Below are positions 47,013 to 57,112 of a stretch of DNA of 64,000 bases, in pieces. This stretch comes from a virus (taxonomy: Duplodnaviria > Caudoviricetes), in the IMG/VR virus record IMGVR_UViG_3300049573_000247, positions 1 to 64,000 of that record; one strand, 5' to 3'. Position 1 is the first letter of the stretch, and every line of letters begins with the position of its first letter. Position numbers and translations under genes: made by a program. The notes below the pieces were generated by a model that searched no databases, had not been told where the DNA came from, and saw only the letters and a list, made by a program, of their open reading frames with translations.

Positions 47013-47854
47013 CCTTCTTCCAATGTGCGGATGGCGGTATCGATGGTGCCGGGCCGTTCGAACAGGTACTGCACCAGCGGGTAGCCCACCCCCGCGTGGT
47101 TGTCCATCTTGAACAGGTGGTCACCGAACAGTTTCTGGTGTTCGAGGCCGAGCTTGTCGATACGGTAACCGGCGGCGACCATCAGCTCCAGCAGGTAGTT
47201 CAGGCGTTTCGGTCGTTTGCCCAGGGGGGTGCGGTTCGTCTCGTGGCGGTGCAGGTGCTCGGCGAGGCCGTCGATGAGGTGCTCGACCAGCTCGGGGGTC
47301 ATGTGGCCCAACTCGATGGAGAGGTGCCCATCGACCCACCAGTTGATCTCGCCGAAGACCCGGCGCCCGCGAGCGGCTCGTTCTACCCTGAGGCCGCCGA
47401 GGTTGTTGGCGACCTGCCATTCCCCTCCGAGGCGTTCGGCGACGGCTGCGGCGTGGCCGCGCTGGGCCTCGCGCTGGGCTTTCGCCCAGTCTTGTTCGTG
47501 CTGCATGCGGTCGAGGTGTCGCCGGTACTTGGGCAGCACGTGCTCTTTGAGGTGCGCGGCCATGTGCGAGGGCAGCTGGAAAAGGTTCATTCTGGCGTCG
47601 AGGACGGCTTTGCCGTGGTGGTCGAGCGCGAACAGCGCCACCAGGTGCTGCTCGTTTTTGTAGTCGTAGTGCATGCGCAGGCGACGGCCACTGTTGTCGT
47701 GGAGCACCATGGCCAGCGGCTGGTGTTCGATGCGCACCTCCCAGGAGGGGCCCAGGTGGGCGGCAACGCGATTCGCCACGGTGAACATGCCGTGCGTCGG
47801 GGACATGGCGTCGATGATGGTCAGGGGCTGGTCATCTAGATGGGGTCGGTCCAT
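47009..47854 (-). CDS. hypothetical protein
   Basis: 281-aa ORF, AAGGA RBS. Confidence 0.7.
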   Translation of the reverse strand: MDRPHLDDQPLTIIDAMSPTHGMFTVANRVAAHLGPSWEVRIEHQPLAMVLHDNSGRRLRMHYDYKNEQHLVALFALDHHGKAVLDARMNLFQLPSHMAAHLKEHVLPKYRRHLDRMQHEQDWAKAQREAQRGHAAAVAERLGGEWQVANNLGGLRVERAARGRRVFGEINWWVDGHLSIELGHMTPELVEHLIDGLAEHLHRHETNRTPLGKRPKRLNYLLELMVAAGYRIDKLGLEHQKLFGDHLFKMDNHAGVGYPLVQYLFERPGTIDTAIRTLEEG

Positions 47855-47996
47855 GTGGTGTTCCTTTCAGTCCGGGCGCACCGGTGCCCGGCAGAGTGCG
47901 AGGAAGATTCTCAGCTTACGGTGAAGGGGTGACATGCCAGTGCCCGGCGCGATGATGGATGCGCCGGGCAACAGCGTGTAGGGAGTCGGGTGGAGT

Positions 47997-48212
47997 TCAG
48001 TCGGTGAGGCTGGCTGTCCCCTTGCGGCCGACTTTTGAGCCCGAGAGGGCGATGGCGACTTCGAGGACGGCGGCGGTAAGTGGGATGCCGACGACGACTT
48101 CCCAGCCGAGGTCCCACAGGAGGGCTTCGGCGCCGAAGGCGGCGACGAATGAGGTCGCGGCGTTGCGGATAGCTCTTTCGGAGGTGTCTTTCCAGAACTC
48201 CTTCGTGAACAT
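47997..48212 (-). CDS. holin (r1t-like family)
   Basis: MFTKEFWKDTSERAIRNAA, two short TM segments, GTASLT. Confidence 0.8.
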   Translation of the reverse strand: MFTKEFWKDTSERAIRNAATSFVAAFGAEALLWDLGWEVVVGIPLTAAVLEVAIALSGSKVGRKGTASLTD

Positions 48213-48279
48213 GATGACCTGCTTCCCTTGAAGGGCCTACAGGTCAATTGTCCCACTATGTCGGGTTTTCTGGTAGGTG

Positions 48280-48960
48280 TTACTGGTCGCCCTGCGTCGC
48301 TGTGGCGATCTTCGCCTCGACTCGGGCGACCGCCTGCTGCAGCCGTTCGGGGCTGACCCCGCGCTCGCTGCCGGGGTTGAACAGCTGCTCGACGAAACGA
48401 TCGACGGGGGTCGCGTGGGGCTCGTGCTGCGCCAGCAGCGCGCCGGGCGGCTCCTCGGTGGCCACGCCGTTCTTGACGCGCCACTGCCCGCACACCTGGT
48501 CGGCGGTGCCATCGCTGATCAGCTGCGCCGTTAGGTCCAGGTAGGGGAACGCGGCGGCGATCTGGGACCACTCGCTGCCGACCTCCTCTATGGAAGGCCA
48601 CTTGCCGATGTTGTAGTTCGCTGTCCCGATGTGTCCGTCCCAGTCGCACCACCCGCGCGGGCCGCCGATCCAGGAGGAGGAGATCCGGTAGTTGTCCAGG
48701 TACTCCAGGTTGAGGTTGCGCAGCTCTTCGGCGCGCTTGAGCGCTCGCTGGAACGGGAAGTCGTGCTCGGCGGCGCGCTCGTCTCGGAAGACGATGCGCG
48801 CGACGATGTGGTCCCACTCGTGGTCGTTGCAGTGGAGGTAGTAGAGGGCGGCCGTGCGGATGAGGATCTCGTCGGCCTGCGCCTCGGTGACCGGCGCACC
48901 GGCCACGATCAGGCGTGGCCACTTGCCGGGGTCGATGAAGGTGGTCTCGGATGCGGACAT
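48280..48960 (-). CDS. phage-type hypothetical protein
   Basis: KWP..VTEAQADEILIRT..SSWIGGPRGWCDWDG..NIGKWP. Confidence 0.7.
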   Translation of the reverse strand: MSASETTFIDPGKWPRLIVAGAPVTEAQADEILIRTAALYYLHCNDHEWDHIVARIVFRDERAAEHDFPFQRALKRAEELRNLNLEYLDNYRISSSWIGGPRGWCDWDGHIGTANYNIGKWPSIEEVGSEWSQIAAAFPYLDLTAQLISDGTADQVCGQWRVKNGVATEEPPGALLAQHEPHATPVDRFVEQLFNPGSERGVSPERLQQAVARVEAKIATATQGDQ

Positions 48961-48977
48961 GTGGTTGCCTCTCAAAC

Positions 48978-49010
48978 GAAAGCCCCGGACGCGCATGCGT
49001 CCGGGGCTTC
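48978..49010 (-). terminator. intrinsic terminator
   Basis: AAGCCCCGGACGC/GCGTCCGGGGCTT stem followed by TCGTTT on the minus strand. Confidence 0.65.
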
Positions 49011-49024
49011 ACTGGTCAGGATGT

Positions 49025-49252
49025 TCAGGATGTGGTGTTCTCGGGCATCTTGGGGCCGTACCGCTGCAGGTGCGCCAGGGCGGCGTCGAGGTGGGCCTGC
49101 GTGGTCGCGGTGGGCCAGTTCGGTCCACCCTCCCCGACTTCCCACGAGCTATCTTTCGCGACGGCGAAGGCGGCGCTGTTGCGGTCGTCGAAGTGGATAA
49201 ACCCCCAGGGCGGTTCGGCGTGGGCTCGGTTGTCGACGGAGACGACCTTCAC
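49025..49252 (-). CDS. hypothetical protein (one copy of a repeated module)
   Basis: PPWGFIHFDD module; GTGA-coupled. Confidence 0.55.
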   Translation of the reverse strand: MKVVSVDNRAHAEPPWGFIHFDDRNSAAFAVAKDSSWEVGEGGPNWPTATTQAHLDAALAHLQRYGPKMPENTTS

Positions 49253-49737
49253 GCGGCCACCGCCTGGTCGACCGGCACCGTTTTGCTTGCGGCGGGAAGA
49301 GCACTCCAGTCGGTTTCGACGAGTGCCTGGGTGAGTTCGTCCACGAGCCACCTGATGTAGTCGGGGGTGTTCTCCCGCTGATGCCGGGGCGCCACCGTGA
49401 CGGCGTCGGTCTCTCCCGGGCGCGTGATGTCGAAGTCGGCCACGGTCCCGTCGGAGATCCGGATGACGCCCCACGGCCGCTCGGGGGTGCCCTCGTTGCT
49501 GATGTCGATGGTGCGCTCCAGCTCGACCGGGCCGTGGGTGCGCAGGTAGTGGCTGACGACCTGCAGGCGCAGCGGTGTCGGTTCGGGCCAGTACTTGCCG
49601 CCGCCGAAGGTCTGCCAGCCCTCTCCCAGGCGTCGGTAGCCGACGCGGACGCCGTCGCTGAAGTAGAAGTGGCCGAAGTCGGCCTCACCTCGGGTGTCGA
49701 TTTCGGTGATCACGATGGTGGTCTGCTGCTTGGGCAT
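49249..49737 (-). CDS. hypothetical protein (two copies of the same module)
   Basis: DFGHFYFSDG and RPWGVIRISDG; AAGGAG RBS. Confidence 0.65.
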   Translation of the reverse strand: MPKQQTTIVITEIDTRGEADFGHFYFSDGVRVGYRRLGEGWQTFGGGKYWPEPTPLRLQVVSHYLRTHGPVELERTIDISNEGTPERPWGVIRISDGTVADFDITRPGETDAVTVAPRHQRENTPDYIRWLVDELTQALVETDWSALPAASKTVPVDQAVAA

Positions 49738-49817
49738 AGTGCTCCTTTCGTTTCGGGATATTCTCTCACGTTCAACTGACGTTACGATATGTCCGTTTTG
49801 TGCGGTAAACTTCCCGT

Positions 49818-50561
49818 ATGTCTGGTTGGCGGGTGGCGCGAAGTCTCGAAGTCCTCAGGGCCGAGATCAACCAGGTCGCACCCAGTCGCAGCACCGCCTC
49901 CGACGGCGCTATCGGCGACGCGGCCCATGCCGCATCCGACTCCGACCACAACCCCAACGACCAGGGCGTCGTCTGCGCCCGCGACTTCACACACGACCCC
50001 GACGACGGAGCGGACATGCACCGCATCTCCCGCCGCATCGTCGCCGTCGCCCCACCGGCACTCAAATACGTCATCTGGAACCGCCAAATCTGGTCGCGCG
50101 CCCGCGCCTCCGAAGGCTGGCGCCGCTACTCCGGCTCCAACCCCCACACCAAACACATGCACGTCTCCGTGGGACGCGGACCCGACGGCCACTCCACCGG
50201 CCCCTACGACGACACCAGCCCGTGGGGCATTGCCACCGGCGCACCGACCCCACCGAAACCGTCGGTGCCCAGCCGCCCCCGACTGATCGAGGAGATCATC
50301 ATGGCGCTCCCGACCATCGACAACAACAACGCGCCAACGGCCGACAAAAAACGCGCCCAGTCCCTCCTCGCCGCGAACGGCTTCCCACCAGCGAACTCGT
50401 TCAACTCGCGAGGCGAACCCGACGGGCAGTGGGGGCCGGGATCAGAGGCCGCACTCAAACGCTTCCAGGTGGCGCGCAAGGTCCGTAACAGCATCCTGCC
50501 CAACGGACAGGGCGACGGCATCCTCGGCGACAACTCCTGGGCCGCGCTGCTGGGCGCCTAA
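49818..50561 (+). CDS. endolysin-like Zn peptidase (M15-like) with peptidoglycan-binding domain
   Basis: SDHNP..ARD..YVIWNRQIW..HTKHMHVS; DGQWGP..ALKRFQ..DGILGDNSW. Confidence 0.8.
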   Translation: MSGWRVARSLEVLRAEINQVAPSRSTASDGAIGDAAHAASDSDHNPNDQGVVCARDFTHDPDDGADMHRISRRIVAVAPPALKYVIWNRQIWSRARASEGWRRYSGSNPHTKHMHVSVGRGPDGHSTGPYDDTSPWGIATGAPTPPKPSVPSRPRLIEEIIMALPTIDNNNAPTADKKRAQSLLAANGFPPANSFNSRGEPDGQWGPGSEAALKRFQVARKVRNSILPNGQGDGILGDNSWAALLGA

Positions 50562-51016
50562 GCCGCGCTGGCCGATGCCGAGGGCGCGACCGTCGGCGAC
50601 GGGGACGGGCTGCCGGAAGAAGACGGCGAGGTCGACGGAGAGGGCGACGGCGTCAGCCACGGCGTGTGCGTGGCGGCCTCGTCCATCCCCTCGATGTACA
50701 CGTCGCCGACCGCCAGGCCCTCGAAGACCTCCTCGTCGGCGCACTCCTCCAGCTCGTCCCCCTCAGGGGTCACGAAGTCGACCTCGTTGCACTCCGACAC
50801 CCAGCGGTCGCTGCACACCTGCTTGCTCTCGTAGGTGCGCGTACGGGAGTTGTACACCGACTGGGTGTAGCAGTCCTCCTTCCAGTACCCGGGCTCGTAC
50901 TCCAATTCGGTGACGGTGCCCGCACGAGGCTCCGGGGGTTCCCAGTCGGAGGCGCTGCACGCGGCGCCGACAGCGAGTACGGCGGCACCGGCCGCCGCGA
51001 TCAGGACAGGTTTCAT
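50558..51016 (-). CDS. lipoprotein
   Basis: Signal peptide ending GAAC; P/S-rich tail. Confidence 0.7.
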   Translation of the reverse strand: MKPVLIAAAGAAVLAVGAACSASDWEPPEPRAGTVTELEYEPGYWKEDCYTQSVYNSRTRTYESKQVCSDRWVSECNEVDFVTPEGDELEECADEEVFEGLAVGDVYIEGMDEAATHTPWLTPSPSPSTSPSSSGSPSPSPTVAPSASASAA

Positions 51017-51297
51017 TCGGTGGGTTCCTCTTTCAGGATTCAGTAGGGTCGCCGCGCAGCAGGTAGATGGGGCGCCCGTCGGGGTCGTAGAGAGCGACGC
51101 CGCCGGTGGACCCGATGGCGAGGCGTTCGATCTTGATGCGATGCCGCTCGGGCACGCTCGGGGCGTGGCCGCAGCCCATGGTCAGGCGTATCCAGGCCTC
51201 GCCGCTGCCGTCGACCTCGTCGATTGACAGCAGCGGCGCGATCTGGCGGCATTCCAGGCAGGTGATGGCGAACGGGTAGGCCATGCGGTCGTGTCTA

Positions 51298-51808
51298 TCA
51301 GGCGTCCTGCGGGGCGCTCTCGTGCTGGGGGTGACGTTCGAGGCCGACCGCCCACGCGAGCATATCGTCGATGTGGGCGTACGCGGCGATGTCCTTGCCG
51401 CTGAACAGGGCCACGCGGTCGTTGCCCGGCTGGGGCACGGCGGTGAGCGGCCGACCGGCCATGACGTGGTCGAGCCAGCAGAGCTTGTAGTCCTGCAGAT
51501 CAGTGAGCATCTGACCGGCCCAGCGCGCGGTGGTGCTGAGGTCGCTGATCACGTCCTTGCAGACGCAGATCGTGCTGTAGTCCTCGTCGATGCCGTTGCC
51601 GTTCTTGGCGGTGATCGTGTAGTACACGCCGTCGCAGGCGTCGGTGTGGCGATCGCTTTCGTAGACGCCGTAGTGGGTCTTGCGTCGCGGCTCTGCGTAG
51701 GCCTCGACGATCCTCACGGTGCCCTCGGTCCACTCGGGGACCCGGGAGTCAGCGGTGCGGAACAGGACCGGCTCGTTGACCGCGAACCGGTTGGGGTGGT
51801 CAGGCATA
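51298..51808 (-). CDS. hypothetical protein
   Basis: GAGGAG RBS, GC3 bias. Confidence 0.6.
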
Positions 51809-52713
51809 GTATCTCCTCGCATATATCGCAAAAGCCCCCAGATGGGGGCGATAGACTTACAATGGGTGGAAGTCGATCAGGGCTGGCATCTCACCGCCAG
51901 CCCAGACCTCCAGGCACCGGACAGCCGGTGCCTACCTTCTCGGGTCGCCGCCCCATCGGGAGGAGCGGCGGCCCGACCTCCACCCAGGATGGTGGGTGGT
52001 CTGCGCCGACTTGCACCAGCGCGTCAACGACCGCTTCCACTCGGCGGCACCCTCCTTCGGCGAGTAGCCGGGGTAGCGCCCGGTTTCGACCACTAGGTCG
52101 ATGATGCGGTGGGCCTCGGCGCGGATCTCCTCGCACGTGCCCTCCGCAACCCGCAGCTCGTCCGCCACCCACCCCTCGGCGTCGATGATGTCCGCTCGGT
52201 CCACGCCTTCGTAGAAGCCGACGCGGAACGCGCCGCCGACGACGGTGATGCGAGTGTAGAACGGAGCCTCGGGCTCGTTCGTGTCGGTCATAGGCGATCC
52301 TTCACGTGGTCGAACGCGTCCTCCCAGCTCGCCCCTTTTTCGATCAGGGCGGTGACCTCTTCGACGAGGTCGGCGTTGTCGAGGTCCCAGACGTCGTCGG
52401 GGATCTCGCCGGAGTACCACTCCTCCTTGTCGTAGACGCCCAGCGCCCAGCAGGCGAGTTGGATGATCTCCGGTCGGTCGACGAGGTAATCGTTGTCCTC
52501 ACGCAGCCACGACGGCAGCATGGTGTACATGATGTTCCCCTTTCCGGTATGCGAAAGCCGCCAGCGCACATCCGTGCACCGGCGGCAATAACCGACAATA
52601 AGGTAGTAAAGCCTCACAAGTGGAAGATTGTGTGTTGTTTCAGGTTCGGGTTGCGCCTCGTGGTGCCTGCTCCAGAGCCGTCACCGCAGGAAGCGCCGCC
52701 CTTCCCCCGTCCA

Positions 52714-53133
52714 TCACCCAGAGGACGCCGTCTCCAGCGCCAGGCCCATCGCCGTCCGGGTGATCACGTACGTCTCGCACGCTCGGGGCCGCAGCTGCCA
52801 CACCCGTGCGTTGCCCTCCCCCCGGAACCGCGACTCCAGCACCACCAGCCGCACGTGCTCGACCAGCGGCGGCACTGGACGGTCGAAGCCCAGCTTGACC
52901 AGCCACGACTCTTCCGACCCCCACGGCAGGCGCACCCCCACTCGCACCGGTGCGTTCGTCGCTCCAATGGCCACCTCCTTGGAGGTCATCGGCACTCGCG
53001 CCAGCAGCTGCTGACGCAACGCGTCCACGCTCGGCCAGGTCAGTACCTGCCGCAGCTCGACTTCCCCGTCTCCGGCCGCATCGGCCAGGACCGCGAAGAT
53101 CCGATCCGCTCCATGCCCTTTCGGCTTAACCAC
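52714..53133 (-). CDS. hypothetical protein
   Basis: 139-aa ORF. Confidence 0.5.
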   Translation of the reverse strand: MVKPKGHGADRIFAVLADAAGDGEVELRQVLTWPSVDALRQQLLARVPMTSKEVAIGATNAPVRVGVRLPWGSEESWLVKLGFDRPVPPLVEHVRLVVLESRFRGEGNARVWQLRPRACETYVITRTAMGLALETASSG

Positions 53134-53202
53134 GAACGCCCTTCCTGTTATACGATGGTCACGAGTTCACTGCTGCGGCCCGGTTCGACGTCACCGGCCG
53201 CG

Positions 53203-53481
53203 CTAGCGCGAGCGGGCCTCAACCCGCTCGCGCTTCTCCTTGTAGAGGGCGATGATCGCCCTGGCCACTGCTTCCTCCTTGTTCTCCTCCAGCGGGAACA
53301 GGTAGGGCGGTCGCTCCTTGCGCCAGTACTTCACCGCGAAGACGGCGAACCACTCGATCGGGTCGTCGACGCCGGTCCACAGCTCCCGGACGAGCCACGG
53401 CTCGACGCCCGTGGCCATCCGGTCGGCGAGACGCTGCAGCCTCGGATCGGCCTTGAGCGTCTTGATTTCTTCGGTGTACAT
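53203..53481 (-). CDS. hypothetical protein
   Basis: 92-aa ORF, AAGGA RBS. Confidence 0.6.
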   Translation of the reverse strand: MYTEEIKTLKADPRLQRLADRMATGVEPWLVRELWTGVDDPIEWFAVFAVKYWRKERPPYLFPLEENKEEAVARAIIALYKEKRERVEARSR

Positions 53482-53538
53482 GAGGTGTTCCTTCCGTAGC
53501 GTTCACAGCCGCCCCGAGCATCACGCTCGGGGCGACGG

Positions 53539-53820
53539 TCAGCGCTCGGCGAGGGCGTTGAGCTTCGCGGTCTCGACGGCAGCCAGACGGGCGCCCTCCT
53601 TGCGGATGAGCGCGGCGTCCATCGCAAGGCCCTGGGCCTGCCGGTGCACTTCGTCCTTGAGCCCTGAGCGCTCACGCTCGCGGCTCAGCCCGGCGAACAC
53701 GCGCCACAGCATCGCCACGAACCCGAGCGCCAGCATGCCTATCAGGACATACAGCACAGCCGGGAACAGAACGGCGATCACGAGGATGACGGCCCCGATC
53801 CAGAACCAGATACGCAACAT
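53539..53820 (-). CDS. membrane protein
   Basis: Long N-terminal hydrophobic stretch. Confidence 0.6.
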   Translation of the reverse strand: MLRIWFWIGAVILVIAVLFPAVLYVLIGMLALGFVAMLWRVFAGLSRERERSGLKDEVHRQAQGLAMDAALIRKEGARLAAVETAKLNALAER

Positions 53821-53845
53821 GATTTCTTCACCTCCTCTCAACGAA

Positions 53846-53879
53846 CTGCGCCCCCGAGCCGAACGGCTCGGGGGCGCAG
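53846..53879 (-). terminator. strong intergenic inverted repeat
   Basis: CTGCGCCCCCGAGCCG/CGGCTCGGGGGCGCAG. Confidence 0.55.
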
Positions 53880-54129
53880 CAACACTTCACGCGCTAGGCG
53901 TCGTTTTGCGCTTGCATGGTTTTGTACAAGGCAATACCCTCCTGCACCGTCACCAGCAGCTGATCGACGTTCTTGTCGAACACCCTGAACTCGATCGGTG
54001 TGGTGTTGCCCTGAGGGTCAAGTGCGTGCATCCTCAACACGAGATCCATGCGCCCGGGGAAGGGGCTGCTGACGCCGCCGACCTCTATGCCCTCCAACGC
54101 GAACTGCTTGGTGCGTTTGACCTTCTTCT

Positions 54130-54741
54130 TCACTGCGCCTGCCGTTTCGTCTCTACCGCGATCAGGACACTGGCCACATCCTCCGGGTCGACCACGCCCT
54201 CGCCTTCCAAGTAGACGGTGACCGCCTCGAAGAAGTGGTCAGCGCGGCGCCCGAGGACCGACGCCTCGTGCGACTGGGACAGCGTCTGTGATGCGAGGGA
54301 TTCGGCCTCCACTGTCAGCCGCAGCAGCGCCCGCAGCCCCGGGGATACGGAGGGATACTCGACGGCGGCCTCGGCCATGGCGGTCAACGCGACCTGCGCG
54401 ACCGCGCACACGTGACGGCGAGCGAGCTTGTCGAGCGTCCCCAGGGCGTTGACGACCGGCAGGTCGTCCATGTCCCAGGTCTTCAGCTCCTCGCAGATGG
54501 CCAGCACCCGGCTGATCGAAATGATCGGGGCCATCGCCTCCTTCGCGGCGTGGTCGCCCACCCACGCTTCGAGCTGTTCGGCGTCGAAACTGTGCAGCAG
54601 GGCGGTGTTGTTCATGACGATCGCCGCCAGATCCCACAGCCACGCCATCGTCTGCGGGCAGGCGCCGATGGCGTTTGCTTCGCGGCTGGAGACGCACGCG
54701 GCCCAGCCGCGCTGCATCAGCTTGCTACGGTCGGTCACCAA
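54130..54741 (-). CDS. hypothetical helical protein
   Basis: 203-aa ORF. Confidence 0.6.
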   Translation of the reverse strand: MVTDRSKLMQRGWAACVSSREANAIGACPQTMAWLWDLAAIVMNNTALLHSFDAEQLEAWVGDHAAKEAMAPIISISRVLAICEELKTWDMDDLPVVNALGTLDKLARRHVCAVAQVALTAMAEAAVEYPSVSPGLRALLRLTVEAESLASQTLSQSHEASVLGRRADHFFEAVTVYLEGEGVVDPEDVASVLIAVETKRQAQ

Positions 54742-55160
54742 CGGTCTCCCGCGTCCTTGAGCCCATTCGAGGTGAACAGCTGGGCCGCGACCTTAGCCGC
54801 CGCGCAGGTCAGGCGCAGCCGCGCCAGCTCCAGGAGATCACCCTCGGCCACCGGCTCTTCGCCGAGCCCGGGGTACCCGAAGGGCAGCTTGTAGTTCCAG
54901 ATCTCAGCGAGGCCGACAACCACGAACACCTTCGGGGGGTGCAGCCGCTCGACCTCGGAGCGGACCTGCTCCCACTGCCACGCGGCGTAGGTGACCGAGG
55001 GGTCCTCCCACCACGTCCTTTCCTCCTGCTCGTGGCCGTAGCTGACGGCGTCGACGACTTCGCTGAAGAACTGCAGCACGTCCTCGTACTCGCCCCACGT
55101 GCCGCGCCACCGCACGTTCGCGTCGCGCATCGCCCGCTTGAGGGCTGCGGTCTTGATCAT
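54735..55160 (-). CDS. hypothetical protein
   Basis: Coupled ORF. Confidence 0.55.
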   Translation of the reverse strand: MIKTAALKRAMRDANVRWRGTWGEYEDVLQFFSEVVDAVSYGHEQEERTWWEDPSVTYAAWQWEQVRSEVERLHPPKVFVVVGLAEIWNYKLPFGYPGLGEEPVAEGDLLELARLRLTCAAAKVAAQLFTSNGLKDAGDRW

Positions 55161-55792
55161 GTGTCGTGCCTTTCTTCCAGGTTGCGTGGGAGGAGCGTGA
55201 AGGATCGATGCTCGTCGATGTCAGCGACGAACGTGGTCTGCGCCGACCGGTTGCGGACCGCGACCATGTACTTGCCCGCAGGCCAGTCGGTCTGGGATGC
55301 GATGTTCCCGACCGCGTACATGGCCGCCTCGCGTCGCTGCGCGGCGATCTGCTCGGTCTCGCTGTCGCGGCGGGGGATGTCGTCCTCGGCGAGGACGACC
55401 TCGAACTGGACCCCCCGCACCGGGAGGACCCCGATGGTGAACCCCATGGTGCCGGTGACCGGGGCGGCGTGCGAGCGGAGGTCGACGGAGTACCAGTTCT
55501 CCTCGGGGCGCGCCTTCGCCGTCTTCGTGACCCGGTCGGATGCCGTGCTCGTGCGACGGCGCGGCCGGGTGCCCTGCTCGTCTTTGACCTTGACGCCGGT
55601 CGCGGTGCGCACGACGATCCAGCCCTCGTGCTCGTGTCGTTCCCCTTCGGGGGCGTCGGTCATGTCGATGTCGGTGCCGTTGAGGGTGACTATCGTGCTG
55701 GTGGTGGTCGACCATTCAGGGCCGACCGTGAAGGGTCCGTTGGCGACGAAGCCTCGGGAGCCGTCGCCGATCGTGTCGTAGTAACGGGGCAT
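55157..55792 (-). CDS. hypothetical protein
   Basis: 211-aa ORF. Confidence 0.6.
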   Translation of the reverse strand: MPRYYDTIGDGSRGFVANGPFTVGPEWSTTTSTIVTLNGTDIDMTDAPEGERHEHEGWIVVRTATGVKVKDEQGTRPRRRTSTASDRVTKTAKARPEENWYSVDLRSHAAPVTGTMGFTIGVLPVRGVQFEVVLAEDDIPRRDSETEQIAAQRREAAMYAVGNIASQTDWPAGKYMVAVRNRSAQTTFVADIDEHRSFTLLPRNLEERHDT

Positions 55793-55794
55793 GT

Positions 55795-56358
55795 CTAGTT
55801 CTCCAGTTTGCTGTCGATCTGAGGGGCGAACACTTCGCGGAGCACGAGGTACCCGGCGTAGCCGAGCAGCTGTTCCGAGAGGTCCAGGAGCGCACGGCGC
55901 GGGCCTCCGGTGTCCGTGTTCCCGAGGTGCGCCTTCGCGTCCTCGGTGCCCTCGTTGACGCCGAGGTCGGCAACGCACACCAGCACGTGGCCCGGGGTCT
56001 CCATCATCGCAACGAGGCGGTCGGCCTCGTCCTGCAGGTGCTCGCGCGCCTGGTCGTAGTCCATCGCCTCAAACCATTCGGTACCGATGTCGTTCCCGGC
56101 GACCCGGTCGCACAGGTCCCGCAGGAACTTCCAGCCCGGCGAGAGATGCCCGGCCGCGAACCCGCGTGGCCCCGCCTCGGGGTAGGTGTTGCCGGAGACG
56201 ACAGAGTACGCCAGCGAGTGGCAGTCGTCGTTCTCCCAGTCCTCGTCCCCGTCCTCGTCGAAGGCAAGATCGACGTTGTAAACGACGGGGACGCGCCCGA
56301 CCGGGTCGAGGTCGTACACCTTGCAGGCGGCGCGGATTTGTTCGTCGGTGATCAGCAT
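55795..56358 (-). CDS. acidic hypothetical protein
   Basis: 187-aa ORF, AAGGAG RBS. Confidence 0.65.
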   Translation of the reverse strand: MLITDEQIRAACKVYDLDPVGRVPVVYNVDLAFDEDGDEDWENDDCHSLAYSVVSGNTYPEAGPRGFAAGHLSPGWKFLRDLCDRVAGNDIGTEWFEAMDYDQAREHLQDEADRLVAMMETPGHVLVCVADLGVNEGTEDAKAHLGNTDTGGPRRALLDLSEQLLGYAGYLVLREVFAPQIDSKLEN

Positions 56359-56720
56359 GGTCAGATGCTCCTTATCCGTATACGGGGGGTCGCGACTTGT
56401 CGACCGTTACCTTGACGTCGATCCCGTCCCACTTGCAGATGAACGAGTGCCAGCCTTTGTTGCCCTCGACGTGAGCGCGCATCGGTGACGTCGCCGTGCG
56501 GCGCAGCGCCCGGTAGGCGGTCTCGGCCGCGAAGCGGCGCTGCTCGGTGATGAATTCGGTGATGTCGGCGTGCGGGTTGACGCGCGCTTGGAGCGCGTCG
56601 GCGTCGATGTCGACCATGACCGACACCGATCGCAGTCCTACCCCGTCCACGGTCATGACGTCGCCGTCGCGTTTGACGGTGTGGAACGTGACTTCGTATC
56701 CCATCCGGTTTTCTCTCTCG

Positions 56721-57098
56721 CTAGTAGACGACCTGGCCGAGCAGGGCCACCTGCATGACGGTGTCAACGTCGGGCGCGTTGAAGTGGATCTGGTCCAGGT
56801 CCCGCTCGTAGACAATCTGCTGGCACTTCTGGACGACGTCCAGGCGCATCGGCTCGATCTTGTTCGACGCGCAGGCCAGGATCGCGGCCCACAGCAGGGC
56901 CGCGTGCAGCCGCCTGCGCGCGAAACCGTTCTCCCTGTCGCCGATGTCGACGACCACGTACCAGTCGTCAGGGACCGGGTCCTGGCTGTCGTCGTCGTCG
57001 ACCAGCACCCAGTGCGGGTAGAGGTCGAGCACGTCACGGCGGATGAACAACCGGTACAAGTCCTGCGCGGTCGCGCTGCCGTACCTCTTCTTGGGCAT
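56721..57098 (-). CDS. phage-type hypothetical protein (paralog of next gene)
   Basis: LWAAILAC..FNAPDVDTVMQVALLGQVVY. Confidence 0.65.
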   Translation of the reverse strand: MPKKRYGSATAQDLYRLFIRRDVLDLYPHWVLVDDDDSQDPVPDDWYVVVDIGDRENGFARRRLHAALLWAAILACASNKIEPMRLDVVQKCQQIVYERDLDQIHFNAPDVDTVMQVALLGQVVY

Positions 57099-57112
57099 GA
57101 TGTCTCCTCTGA

